Positions 29,867 to 39,750 of a stretch of 64,000 nucleotides of DNA are shown here, one piece after another. The number at the start of each line of letters is the position of its first letter. Position 1 is the first letter of the stretch. The position numbers and the translations under genes are program-made. The DNA lies in the IMG/VR virus record IMGVR_UViG_3300033571_022960, positions 69,436 through 133,435 of that record, one strand, 5' to 3'. The notes below the pieces were generated by a model, which saw nothing but the letters and a program-made list of their open reading frames with translations, made no database searches and had not been told where the DNA came from. Origin of the DNA: a virus.

Positions 29867-30820
29867 ATGAAATTCGATTTTAAAGATATAACTTTAACCC
29901 CAAAAATGGGTATTGTTGATTCACGTTCAGAATGTGATACATCAATTAAATTTGGTAATCATAAGTTTAAATTACCAATTATTCCTGCAAATATGGAATC
30001 TGTGGTAAATAAAGAAATTTGCGAATTATTTGCAAGAAATGGTTATTTTTATATTTTTCATCGTTTTAATACAAATGATGAAAAAATATCTTTCGTAAAA
30101 GACTTTAAAGAAAAGGGATTAATTACATCAATTTCAATTGGTGTTAATGAGGATTCTTACGAATTATTGGAACAATTATCTAAATTAAATTTACTTCCTG
30201 ATTATATTACAATTGATATTGCACATGGACATTCAATTAAGATGGAGAAAATGGTGAAATTTGTTAAACAGATTGCACCTAAGACATTTTTAATTGGTGG
30301 TAATGTATCTACCCCTGATGGTGTGATTTCTCTTGATTTATGGGGTTGTGATGCAATTAAATGTGGTATTGCAGGTGGTACTGCATGTACAACTGACCCA
30401 ACTACTGGTTTTGGTAATAGAGGTTGGACTGCGAATATGATTGAGGATTGTACTTATACAAATAAACCAATCATTGCAGATGGTGGTATTAAAAGACCTT
30501 CTGATATAACAAAATCTTTGGTATTGGGTGCAACAATGGTAATGGTTGGTTCAATGTTAACAGGATTTGAAGAATCCCCTGGTAATTTGATTGATTTAAA
30601 TGGAAAACTTTATAAAGAATATTGGGGTAGTGCATCACAATTTAATACTGGAAAGAAAAATAGGGTTGAGGGTAAAAAAGTATTAATTGATTATAAAAAT
30701 AAATCAATACTTGATGAATTGGTTTATTTGGAAGAATGTTTGCAAAGTTCAATATCTTATGCTGGTGGAAAAGATTTATCTTCATTAAAAAGTGTTAAAT
30801 ACGAAATTTTTAAAAATTAA
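29867..30820 (+). CDS. guaC: GMP reductase
   Basis: IVDSRSECDT, PANM, IDIAHGHS, GGNV, CGIAGGTACTT, IIADGGI; no CBS domains. Confidence 0.85.
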   Translation: MKFDFKDITLTPKMGIVDSRSECDTSIKFGNHKFKLPIIPANMESVVNKEICELFARNGYFYIFHRFNTNDEKISFVKDFKEKGLITSISIGVNEDSYELLEQLSKLNLLPDYITIDIAHGHSIKMEKMVKFVKQIAPKTFLIGGNVSTPDGVISLDLWGCDAIKCGIAGGTACTTDPTTGFGNRGWTANMIEDCTYTNKPIIADGGIKRPSDITKSLVLGATMVMVGSMLTGFEESPGNLIDLNGKLYKEYWGSASQFNTGKKNRVEGKKVLIDYKNKSILDELVYLEECLQSSISYAGGKDLSSLKSVKYEIFKN

Positions 30821-30822
30821 TT

Positions 30823-31542
30823 ATGACAAAAACAGAGTTCTATAATTCACTTGTAAATGTTTATTTAAAAACAGGACAAGGTGTACCTTATTTATTATTC
30901 AAAAATAAAATGGGGGAAAAATTTGATTTCATCATTAATTCTTTAAAAGAAGAAGGTTTAATTAAATTAATCACGCAAAGATATAATCATCTACCTGATG
31001 ATATATGGGTTTGCCTAACAAAAGGTTATTGTCCAGAAGAAGGTAATACAGAAGATTTACTTTTGTTCAGATACTATTTAGGTATTCTTGATGAAGATGA
31101 TAAAACCACAAAAAGTGGGTTTAGTTTTTCTGCAGGTTCAAAAAAAATAAGACAATCACCTGAATTAATTGAAAAATATTTTAATTGGTTAAAAACTAAT
31201 CAAGAAAAACTTGCAGAAATAAAAACGATAAAAAAAGTTGTTTTAGATAATAAAATAGGTGAAAATTTAAAAAATTTTATAAAAAATAAAAGTTGGTTTA
31301 AAGAAAATAAAAATAATTTAGAAATTTTAAGAATAAATAATCAAAAAATTTCTAAATTAGAAAAACAAAAAAATATTTTGCAAGAATTAATTCCTTTAGA
31401 AAGAAAAAGTGAAAAATATAAAAATTCTGTAATAAAACATGAAAATGAACTGACTGATATAGATAATGAATTATTATTAAGAAAAGAATTGAATATGTTT
31501 TTGGAACAAAACAAAGATAAAAATATACAAGAACTATTATGA
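30823..31542 (+). CDS. Hypothetical protein
   Basis: 239 aa with a coiled-coil C-terminus. Confidence 0.7.
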   Translation: MTKTEFYNSLVNVYLKTGQGVPYLLFKNKMGEKFDFIINSLKEEGLIKLITQRYNHLPDDIWVCLTKGYCPEEGNTEDLLLFRYYLGILDEDDKTTKSGFSFSAGSKKIRQSPELIEKYFNWLKTNQEKLAEIKTIKKVVLDNKIGENLKNFIKNKSWFKENKNNLEILRINNQKISKLEKQKNILQELIPLERKSEKYKNSVIKHENELTDIDNELLLRKELNMFLEQNKDKNIQELL

Positions 31543-31949
31543 TTATAGGAACTTTAGTTAAATTAATAATACCAATTGATTCAGTAGATAAACATGAAAC
31601 CATTGGTATTATGATTAATGGTGAGGTTAAACCACTTGCAAGTGTTTTATGGGAAAAACAATATGAACTTCAACTTTTGGAAAGAATTGAAAGAATGAAA
31701 AAAAATAAAAAACCTAACATAAAAATTAGGGATAACGACAATGAAATTATTATTAAAAATAATGAATTTAATTATAACTATTATATGAATGGTTGGGAAA
31801 GTAATGATGAATATTATAATGATTCAGGTGTAATTATAAATGATACATTTCAAAAACCTGAACCTAAAAAGGGAAAACAAAAAGAAGATTTTTGGGATTT
31901 AATGCAACCTTATTTTGGTAATAATGTAGAAATAGAATTAATTTGGTAA
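31539..31949 (+). CDS. Hypothetical protein
   Basis: 136-aa ORF. Confidence 0.65.
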   Translation: MIIGTLVKLIIPIDSVDKHETIGIMINGEVKPLASVLWEKQYELQLLERIERMKKNKKPNIKIRDNDNEIIIKNNEFNYNYYMNGWESNDEYYNDSGVIINDTFQKPEPKKGKQKEDFWDLMQPYFGNNVEIELIW

Positions 31950-31993
31950 TAACGATAAAAAAAAACATTATGAAATTTGAATCATAAGAAAAC

Positions 31994-32182
31994 TTGAATA
32001 TATTTGATGATATTAAATTAGATATGTCAAAAAAATTTGGTATGAAAGGAAAAATTTACTCTGGCAATGAGGTTGCAGAACATATAGAAAATGAAACTGA
32101 ATTGGGTATTGGAATGATTAATAGTATAATTAATTTATCTATTAATTTAATAAGTAGGGATAAATTGAATATAAACGAATAA
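31994..32182 (+). CDS. Hypothetical protein
   Basis: 62-aa ORF, TTG start. Confidence 0.5.
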   Translation: MNIFDDIKLDMSKKFGMKGKIYSGNEVAEHIENETELGIGMINSIINLSINLISRDKLNINE

Positions 32183-32193
32183 TATAATTAATT

Positions 32194-32481
32194 ATGTTCA
32201 TAAGTATTAGTTTATTTTTGATAATATTATTTTATTTATCGGGTTCTTTATTATGTATTCCGTTAGTTATTGCATATTCCAATAATTTTTACACTTTTGA
32301 AAATAAAGGATTTTTAGGTTTTATTTTTTTATCTTGGATTCTTTTTTGGATTGTTATTTTTATAATTGTATCTGACGATTTTAATCATCCAATAAAAACA
32401 AAAACCAAATTTCAAAAATATTTTCAGTTTAAATTTGTAAAAAGAGATGGAAGGGGATTTAGACTTTCTGATGAATATTAA
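32194..32481 (+). CDS. Membrane protein
   Basis: Two hydrophobic segments and a basic tail. Confidence 0.6.
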   Translation: MFISISLFLIILFYLSGSLLCIPLVIAYSNNFYTFENKGFLGFIFLSWILFWIVIFIIVSDDFNHPIKTKTKFQKYFQFKFVKRDGRGFRLSDEY

Positions 32482-33092
32482 ATTTTTTTAATTTCATAAT
32501 AAAATGAATCTGTATTTTCAGAGACCCATTTATCTGAAATATTTTCAACAGAAATTAACTTATCGTCAACTTTTATATCTTTTAATTCCATTGGAAATTT
32601 GTTTGTTATGAAATTTGAATCTTTCCAAAAAATTCTATTATTTGGTTGACATAATAAATAACCATCATCTGCAACTATTATATGTCCACATTTGTAATCT
32701 GTTGGTTCATCTGAATAAGGATTGTTAAACCAATCAACAGTCATAAGGTAAGTTCCCCAAACCTTTGTCTTATCCTTTAAAACCACTTCACAACGTTTTT
32801 CTTTTAAATAATTATATTTTATAACTGCAACATTTTCTGAAAAACAATTCCATAATTGTTTAAAATCTGCAGAAATATCTTTTTTTGGTATTGATAAAAA
32901 TATTTCAGAAATTGGAACTCTTGAACGCAACATTCCATAATCAGTCATTATGTGGAATGTTAAAATTTTATCAGAACAGGATTGTATCCCAAATGCAATC
33001 GAATTATCAAATCTATTATTATCTTCACTTTTTTTAGTAAAATGTGAACGTCTGACTAAACATTTGAAACTATCTATATTTTGATTTAACAT
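32478..33092 (-). CDS. Conserved phage hypothetical protein
   Basis: 204 aa coupled to the protease gene; RVPISEIF, QLWNCFS, QPNNRI. Confidence 0.75.
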   Translation of the reverse strand: MLNQNIDSFKCLVRRSHFTKKSEDNNRFDNSIAFGIQSCSDKILTFHIMTDYGMLRSRVPISEIFLSIPKKDISADFKQLWNCFSENVAVIKYNYLKEKRCEVVLKDKTKVWGTYLMTVDWFNNPYSDEPTDYKCGHIIVADDGYLLCQPNNRIFWKDSNFITNKFPMELKDIKVDDKLISVENISDKWVSENTDSFYYEIKKI

Positions 33093-33793
33093 CAGAAATT
33101 CATAAATCTTTTTAAAGATTCCAATCTTTTATCCATTATTTTTTGTTCCTTATCCTCATTCTCAATCCAAAGTTTGTTTGCAACATCCATATCTGTAAAC
33201 ATATAAGAACCTGGTGTTGATGGTTGTGATACAATATCCCAACAAACCAATTCAAAATCACTTTGTACAACATTTTTTCCACCTTCTTTCTTTAAAGAAC
33301 CCACACCTCTTGATGATACTCCAATTAAAACATTCCTTCTAAGAAGATTTGCAATATGGTCACCAGCACAAGAAACTATACCAGATTTAACAAAACCTGG
33401 AGAAGTTAGAATTTCTAATTTACCAATTAAGGTTTTTCCTTTCCAAAAAGTTTCAACAATTATGTGTGAAGTGTCATTGGTTTTAAGAGATATCTCTGAA
33501 CTGTCCGGGTGGTTTGCTTCCCCTAGTGAACTTCTTGTTTTAATTAAACTCTGATACCTTTCATTTTCTCTATAAAGAATTTGTTTTGGGTACCATCTAC
33601 CATTTTTATTTTCTGTATCATATTTCTGTAATACTGCATAAACATAAAGAGGGTCATTAATAATTCCACCTTCTTTATTTATTTCCAATTTATGAATTTC
33701 ATTTAATAACCCTTCATTATCTTCTTTAATGATATAACCATCGTTCTCAATCAACATACCATAACCTATTTCATCTTTTTGAAGTATTTTCAT
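33092..33793 (-). CDS. Prohead core protease (T4 gp21-like)
   Basis: NKNGRWYP, LGEANHP, SHII, GVSSRGVGS, WDIVSQPSTPGS. Confidence 0.9.
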   Translation of the reverse strand: MKILQKDEIGYGMLIENDGYIIKEDNEGLLNEIHKLEINKEGGIINDPLYVYAVLQKYDTENKNGRWYPKQILYRENERYQSLIKTRSSLGEANHPDSSEISLKTNDTSHIIVETFWKGKTLIGKLEILTSPGFVKSGIVSCAGDHIANLLRRNVLIGVSSRGVGSLKKEGGKNVVQSDFELVCWDIVSQPSTPGSYMFTDMDVANKLWIENEDKEQKIMDKRLESLKRFMNF

Positions 33794-33823
33794 ATTTTTA
33801 AAATATTTATATTATAAATATCA

Positions 33824-34144
33824 ATGAAAAAATTATTATTAATAATAACTTTGTTTTTAACATTAAATATTGTTAAATCTCAAGATTCAAATTATTATTT
33901 TCATCAAAAAAGGGGAGATGAACCCTGGAATACATTTGATAAAAAAAATATTGGTGGTGGTTTGATTGCAGTAGGTTGGACAATAACTACTATTACAGTT
34001 ATTGCAGGAGAACCAAATAAAACAAATAAAATAATTGCATACGGAGTTGGACCATCATTTATTGTTTCAGGAAGTTTATATTGGTTGGTAAAAGGTTTAA
34101 AGTATAAACGTAAACAAGAATATTTATCAATAAAGAGATTTTAA
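33824..34144 (+). CDS. Signal-peptide/membrane protein in the late operon
   Basis: MKKLLLIITLFLTL signal-like N-terminus and two further hydrophobic segments. Confidence 0.6.
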   Translation: MKKLLLIITLFLTLNIVKSQDSNYYFHQKRGDEPWNTFDKKNIGGGLIAVGWTITTITVIAGEPNKTNKIIAYGVGPSFIVSGSLYWLVKGLKYKRKQEYLSIKRF

Positions 34145-36865
34145 ATGAACTTTTATATAAGAAGAAATTCTATTCTACCTACACTTAAAATGAAATTAAT
34201 CTTTGATGGTCGTAATGACTATAAAAGATTCCATGATTTATTGGAGAATTCTGTTGTAACATTTTCAATGAAAAATGTTAATAATGGGGTTTATAAAGTT
34301 GCAAATAAAGAAGGTAAAATAACCAAAATATCTAATAATGATGTTGATGAATATTATGTTGAATATGAATGGGTTGTAGATGATACAAATGAATTGGGTC
34401 AATTTGAGGGTGAGTTTAAGATAAAATTTTTGGATGATTGTTCACATATTCTTGTTCCAATAAAAGAAAACCTTTATATTAATGTTTTAACTTCTTTTAC
34501 AAAAGGTGATGTTGAACAAAATAATAATTTAATTGATGGGGATGGTTGTTTAATTTATTGTGAATATGACTCATTTACTGGTGGAACTGTATCAGGTAAT
34601 ACAACATTTTTATCAGGTGTTACTATAAATGGTAATTTAGATTTATGTAATGGTGAATTAAATGTGGAAATCATTAATGGTTGTTCACCTGTAACAATAC
34701 AAAATAATTTGATAATCGAAGAAAATAGTTTAACTGGTAAAACTGTATATTTTGATGAAATTTTTTCAGGAGGAACAAATTTAAATGATATTTTTCTGAA
34801 TAAAGATGAAAATATAATATCAGGTGAATTGGTTGGTTCAGATTTAATATTAGAAAGAGAAAATGAAAATCAAATCATAATATCAGGTTTTACAGATTTT
34901 TTCACCACAGGTGCAACTTTATCAGGTACTACTGCAATTTTTAATAGAAATGATGGAAATAATTATACATTAGATTTATCTTCTTTATCAGGTTCAACTG
35001 TAACTGATTTAGATTTTAATTGCACAGGTAATACTCTATCCCTTGAACAAAGTAATAGGAAAAATTTTTCAGTAGATTTATCTTGTTTAAAATCAGAAAT
35101 TGATAGTTTTTCAATTGATTATAATTTGCGTGAAATAAGTATTGAACAAACAAATGCGAATCAGAATGATTTTTCAATAGATTTAAATCCACTTTTATCA
35201 GGATTCTCAACAACAGATTTTTTCACCACAGGTGCAACATTTAACAATTCAAACAAAATTGCGACATTTAATCGAAATGATGGAAATTCCTATACTTTAA
35301 ATTTATCAGGATTAACTTTACCTGATACTTATGTTACAGGTTTCACTTACGATAATCAAAACACATTTACTATTAATCAAAATGAAGGTCAATCTCCATT
35401 GTCGGTGACAATGACTGATTTGACCTTGAATTCTTTTTCTGCAAATACTTTATCTGGGAATACAATTTTTTCTGGAAATACAAATTTATCAACTGTGATT
35501 AATAATATTGCAAGTCAATATTCTGGTAATACCTTCGTAACTGGTGGCACATTTAATCAATTAACAAGAAATTTAACCTTAAATAGAAATGATAGTAATA
35601 ATGTTATTATAACAGGCATTACAGATTTTTTCACCACCGCAAGTACTTTTAATAATACCACAAAAATTGCAACATTTAATCGAAATGATGGAAATTCCTA
35701 TACTTTAAATTTATCAGGATTAACTTTACCTGATGTGTTTGTTTCGGGTGGTACTTTTTCATCAAATACTTTGACATTAAACAGAACTGATGGTAATAAT
35801 GTTGTTATTACAGGTTTTACCTCTGGTGTAACTGGTACAACAGGTTCAGTTGCATTTTTCGGAACTGGTAACACAATTACTCAAGATAATTCAAATTTCT
35901 TTTGGGATGATACCAATAATAGATTGAGTCTTGGTACAAATACTAATACAAATTCCAGATTAAGAATATTGGGTGCAAATACAGGAGCAGGAGCAACATC
36001 CACTTTTGGTTTACAAGTACACGATAGTACTGGAACAAATAATGCGTTGGTTGTTAGAGATGATGGTAGAGTTGGTATAGGCACAAGTTCACCTATTGGA
36101 CAATTACACCTTAATGGTGCATTTCCAAACAAAGTTGCAATGGTTCTAAACGCAACTAATTTTAGTTTTAATAACGGCAATTTTATAGGGTTTCAAAATA
36201 ATGGAGTTGATAGAGGGTTAATATACATTGCAGATAGTGGTAGTGATGCTTTGCGAGGTATAAAAATTAGCAACCCCACAGCAGTTTCAGAAATAATGGT
36301 TGCAACTGGTAACAGAGGTGTAACAATTACTAATTCAGGTTCATTTACAAATGGCAATGCCTTTCAATCTGCTGTAACTAATACATTAGGAACAACAACA
36401 CCTATTACAATATATGGGGCAGATGTTAGCATTAGTCCTTTAGGCTCAACAATAAGCCATATACAAGAAACTAATGTAGTTGGTAGAAAAAATCAATTAT
36501 TACATAGATTTTTTACATCAACTGGTGTAGTTGCAGAGTATGGCGGATATGGAAGTGAATTAATTACTAATACAAATGGCTCACATAGTGGTGATTTGTT
36601 TTTTAATACTGCAAATGCAGGAACGTTTGATGAAAGAATGAGGTTGAAGTTTAATGGTAATTTACTAATTGGAACCACCACAGATAACCCGAGAGCAATA
36701 TTAAATTTAACATCAACATCAAAAGGTGTTTTAGTTCCAAGAATGATTACTTCCGAAAGAGATGCAGTAAGTTGGGTTGCAGGTGATGCAGGTATGGTAA
36801 TTTATAATACTACTACAAACAAACATCAGGGTTGGAATGGAACAACTTGGAATGATTTTTATTAA
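34145..36865 (+). CDS. Tail fibre / baseplate-associated repeat protein
   Basis: 906 aa, Gly/Thr/Asn-rich; repeated FFTTGATF..FNRNDGNxYTL and VTGGTF units; fibre-like C-terminus. Confidence 0.7.
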   Translation: MNFYIRRNSILPTLKMKLIFDGRNDYKRFHDLLENSVVTFSMKNVNNGVYKVANKEGKITKISNNDVDEYYVEYEWVVDDTNELGQFEGEFKIKFLDDCSHILVPIKENLYINVLTSFTKGDVEQNNNLIDGDGCLIYCEYDSFTGGTVSGNTTFLSGVTINGNLDLCNGELNVEIINGCSPVTIQNNLIIEENSLTGKTVYFDEIFSGGTNLNDIFLNKDENIISGELVGSDLILERENENQIIISGFTDFFTTGATLSGTTAIFNRNDGNNYTLDLSSLSGSTVTDLDFNCTGNTLSLEQSNRKNFSVDLSCLKSEIDSFSIDYNLREISIEQTNANQNDFSIDLNPLLSGFSTTDFFTTGATFNNSNKIATFNRNDGNSYTLNLSGLTLPDTYVTGFTYDNQNTFTINQNEGQSPLSVTMTDLTLNSFSANTLSGNTIFSGNTNLSTVINNIASQYSGNTFVTGGTFNQLTRNLTLNRNDSNNVIITGITDFFTTASTFNNTTKIATFNRNDGNSYTLNLSGLTLPDVFVSGGTFSSNTLTLNRTDGNNVVITGFTSGVTGTTGSVAFFGTGNTITQDNSNFFWDDTNNRLSLGTNTNTNSRLRILGANTGAGATSTFGLQVHDSTGTNNALVVRDDGRVGIGTSSPIGQLHLNGAFPNKVAMVLNATNFSFNNGNFIGFQNNGVDRGLIYIADSGSDALRGIKISNPTAVSEIMVATGNRGVTITNSGSFTNGNAFQSAVTNTLGTTTPITIYGADVSISPLGSTISHIQETNVVGRKNQLLHRFFTSTGVVAEYGGYGSELITNTNGSHSGDLFFNTANAGTFDERMRLKFNGNLLIGTTTDNPRAILNLTSTSKGVLVPRMITSERDAVSWVAGDAGMVIYNTTTNKHQGWNGTTWNDFY
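35213..35733 (+). repeat. Internal direct repeat in the fibre gene (copies near 35213-35325 and 35621-35733)
   Basis: acatttaatcgaaatgatggaaattcctatactttaaatttatcaggattaactttacctgat occurs twice. Confidence 0.85.
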
Positions 36866-36904
36866 TAATTTGATTTTGTCAAAAATTTTTATTATATTTT
36901 ATCC

Positions 36905-37087
36905 ATGAAAAGATTTAAAGTTAGAGAAATTGAAGGTAGGGTAACTTCGTTTAAAAATAATTTAAATAGAAAAGATTTATATTTACTTTTAATTAATATG
37001 AAAAAATTGGATTCATTAGAAATATTATTTAATGAAAATTATTCTACACCAGATTACATATTAAATAATTTATATATTTCTAAATAA
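36905..37087 (+). CDS. Hypothetical protein
   Basis: 60 aa; TATATTTT box 4 nt upstream. Confidence 0.5.
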   Translation: MKRFKVREIEGRVTSFKNNLNRKDLYLLLINMKKLDSLEILFNENYSTPDYILNNLYISK

Positions 37088-38152
37088 ATTATTTAAATAA
37101 GTTAATGATTTTATATTATAATTTATTAATCCCCTATAAGATTCACTTAAACCACATTCTTTTATTGAATCACTTAAATAAAGTGTTTTAATTAAATTTT
37201 TTATTTCATCAATATTATCAGGGTTTGTTTTAAAAACATTTGATGACCAATTAATTGATGGTGATGTTATTACAGGTATATTATTATTAATAAAATCAAC
37301 TGCAACAATATTAAAAGTTTCTGTAAAAGAAGATTGTAAACCAATATCCATTTTTTTAATAACTTCATTGAATTCACCCCAATTCATCCATTCCAATTCT
37401 ATTAATTGATATTTTTCTTTGTCTAAATTATTAAATAAATCACGCAAATTTTTAAGGGTAACATCTCCACCCATTTCAACCCTGTTTGTTATAACATATA
37501 ACTCCAATTTTTTATTTAATTCATTTGCAGCAGAAATTGATGCAATTACTTGATTCATAATATTTTTCATGGGTCTTATTGCGCAAAATAATCCAACTTT
37601 TATCTTACTATTATCTGTAACCCTTTCATTATTATTTAATTTTGGTAAGATTATATTAGGAATATATAACATATTTTCTACTATTCCACCAGAATTTAAA
37701 ACAAAATCAATATTGTTTGATGCAACAAATATATTTTTATATTTTTTTGATAATTCGATAGCATCAAATAATCTATTAAAACCATTTGTTTCAGTTGCAA
37801 GAAATGTTGGTTTTGAATGAGATACAACAATAAAATTGGTTTTTTTATATTTTTTTGCCAATAATTCCAATTTTTCTTTTCTCACCCAAAATGCCTTAAT
37901 AATTAAGAAATGGGGTCTTTGTTCATGTAAAATTTTATCAATTTTATTATCATCTGTAACCCCAAAAGTTTTTGAATTAAAACCAAATTCCCCCATATAT
38001 TGACTGGTTAGTTCAGATGAAACCCCAAGCCCAACATATTCCCCTGCATAACCTTTACGTATCTTATAGATGTGAATTATTTTTTTATCAGTTGGTTTAA
38101 AAAATAATTTAAAAAAAAATAATTTGATGTTTGCAATGATTAAGTTTATCAT
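37070..38152 (-). CDS. Glycosyltransferase (GT-B fold-like)
   Basis: IRPMKNIMNQ, MDIGLQSSFTETFNIVAVD..NIPVITS donor-binding pattern; late motif 38171-38178. Confidence 0.7.
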   Translation of the reverse strand: MINLIIANIKLFFFKLFFKPTDKKIIHIYKIRKGYAGEYVGLGVSSELTSQYMGEFGFNSKTFGVTDDNKIDKILHEQRPHFLIIKAFWVRKEKLELLAKKYKKTNFIVVSHSKPTFLATETNGFNRLFDAIELSKKYKNIFVASNNIDFVLNSGGIVENMLYIPNIILPKLNNNERVTDNSKIKVGLFCAIRPMKNIMNQVIASISAANELNKKLELYVITNRVEMGGDVTLKNLRDLFNNLDKEKYQLIELEWMNWGEFNEVIKKMDIGLQSSFTETFNIVAVDFINNNIPVITSPSINWSSNVFKTNPDNIDEIKNLIKTLYLSDSIKECGLSESYRGLINYNIKSLTYLNNLFRNI

Positions 38153-38213
38153 AATGAAGGGGTTTTTTTAATAAATATATTTTATTTTTGTATATTTATT
38201 AGAAAATGATAAA

Positions 38214-38456
38214 ATGGAAAAAAAAATTGTTTTAGTTCATTGGAAAGATATTGAATCAAATTCTAATTCTTGGCAAACTATTGATGAGGCAATAGAATTT
38301 CATGAAGAAATGACTGTAATAGAACAATTGGGTTTTATTGTTTTTGAGGATAATGAATCCTTAATTTTAACCGATTCTTGGTGTGAAAAATTGGGTTTAA
38401 TTGGAAATTCTACAAGAATAACCAAATGCAATATATTAAAAATAACCTATCTATGA
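38214..38456 (+). CDS. Small conserved phage hypothetical protein
   Basis: VLVHWKDI...LGFIVFED..LILTDS; late motif 38192-38199. Confidence 0.7.
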   Translation: MEKKIVLVHWKDIESNSNSWQTIDEAIEFHEEMTVIEQLGFIVFEDNESLILTDSWCEKLGLIGNSTRITKCNILKITYL

Positions 38457-39730
38457 AATTTCTAATAACTGAAAGACAATTAAAACTTTTTGAAAATGTG
38501 TATAAAGAAAAGGAATTGGTATATATTAAAACTTTTTTTGATGAAAATTTTTCGGGTGAAAAAAATTATTCAAGTGAAATAATAAAAAAACATTTTGGTA
38601 CATTTTTAAGAATTCAATTTAATAAAACATTAATAGATGTATGGAATAATGGAAGTAGTTATTATATTGCAGTTTTTATTGATAGGAAAAAATATAATAA
38701 GTATTTTAAAACAATTGATGAAATGTTTGATTTTATTAAAAAAGAAAAATTAAATGAGGGTTTGAATTTAAAATCTAGAGCAAATGACCAAGAAAAACAA
38801 AGAGAGGAATATATAAATCAAATATTATCAAAAGGAATAGAAAATTTAAATAATTCAGATTTTGCAACTCTTTATAAGTTAGATGGTGAAAAAAAATTAT
38901 TTACAAAATTACAAGATAAATTAAATGAAAACGAAATTGAATCAGAACTTGTTGGATTAACAGTACATGGTATATCTCTTTTTATTGATGAAACCTTTTA
39001 TTTAAAATTATTTGGTGATAAATTAAAGTTGTGGTTAAAAAGACCATTACAAAACTCTGATTTAAATGATAGATTTTATGATATAACATTTACTCATGAT
39101 ATAAAACAAGATGGAATGTATTTAAACTTCTATAACACAAACGATTTATTTGCTGTTTTAGGTATATTAAAAGATTATATTATTAAAGAAAATCTGAATT
39201 TAAAATCTCGTGCAGGTCAACAAGAAAAACAATCAATAGAATATTTCACAAAAAAAGTAAAAGAAGGTGATGTAATAGAAGGAATGAGTTATAGTGGATA
39301 TAATAAATTACCTGATGAAATAAAAACAATTAATATTAAAAATATTAACAATAAAATGAAATATGCAGATAATGATTATGATGAAGATTATCTTTACTAC
39401 TTAGGTCATAAAGACCCATATAAAACATTAATAAAAAATAATTTGATTAATGTTTTAAAGGATAGAGAATTATTATTTAAAATTTGTGATAATTTTTACT
39501 GGTCAGATGGTAGTAATGGAATAATTAATTTTGATAATTTAAATCATTTCATAAATGATATAGGGTATAAGGTTTTTGAATATAATCCAGAATATTTCTT
39601 TAAAAATGATTTAAATGGAATTAAAAAAAGAATACTTTATGCCCATGCATCTTCATCAGAACCAAAAGATTTTATTAAAGAAAGATACAAAGATTTTAAA
39701 TATAATCCAAATGATGAATTTAGTTGGTGA
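38453..39730 (+). CDS. Modular late protein with ITERQL N-terminus and two LNLKSRA modules (start corrected to ATG38453)
   Basis: MKFLITERQLKLFEN; LNEGLNLKSRANDQ; IKENLNLKSRAGQQ. Confidence 0.75.
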   Translation: MKFLITERQLKLFENVYKEKELVYIKTFFDENFSGEKNYSSEIIKKHFGTFLRIQFNKTLIDVWNNGSSYYIAVFIDRKKYNKYFKTIDEMFDFIKKEKLNEGLNLKSRANDQEKQREEYINQILSKGIENLNNSDFATLYKLDGEKKLFTKLQDKLNENEIESELVGLTVHGISLFIDETFYLKLFGDKLKLWLKRPLQNSDLNDRFYDITFTHDIKQDGMYLNFYNTNDLFAVLGILKDYIIKENLNLKSRAGQQEKQSIEYFTKKVKEGDVIEGMSYSGYNKLPDEIKTINIKNINNKMKYADNDYDEDYLYYLGHKDPYKTLIKNNLINVLKDRELLFKICDNFYWSDGSNGIINFDNLNHFINDIGYKVFEYNPEYFFKNDLNGIKKRILYAHASSSEPKDFIKERYKDFKYNPNDEFSW

Positions 39731-39750
39731 TATTTATTAGATAAAAAATT

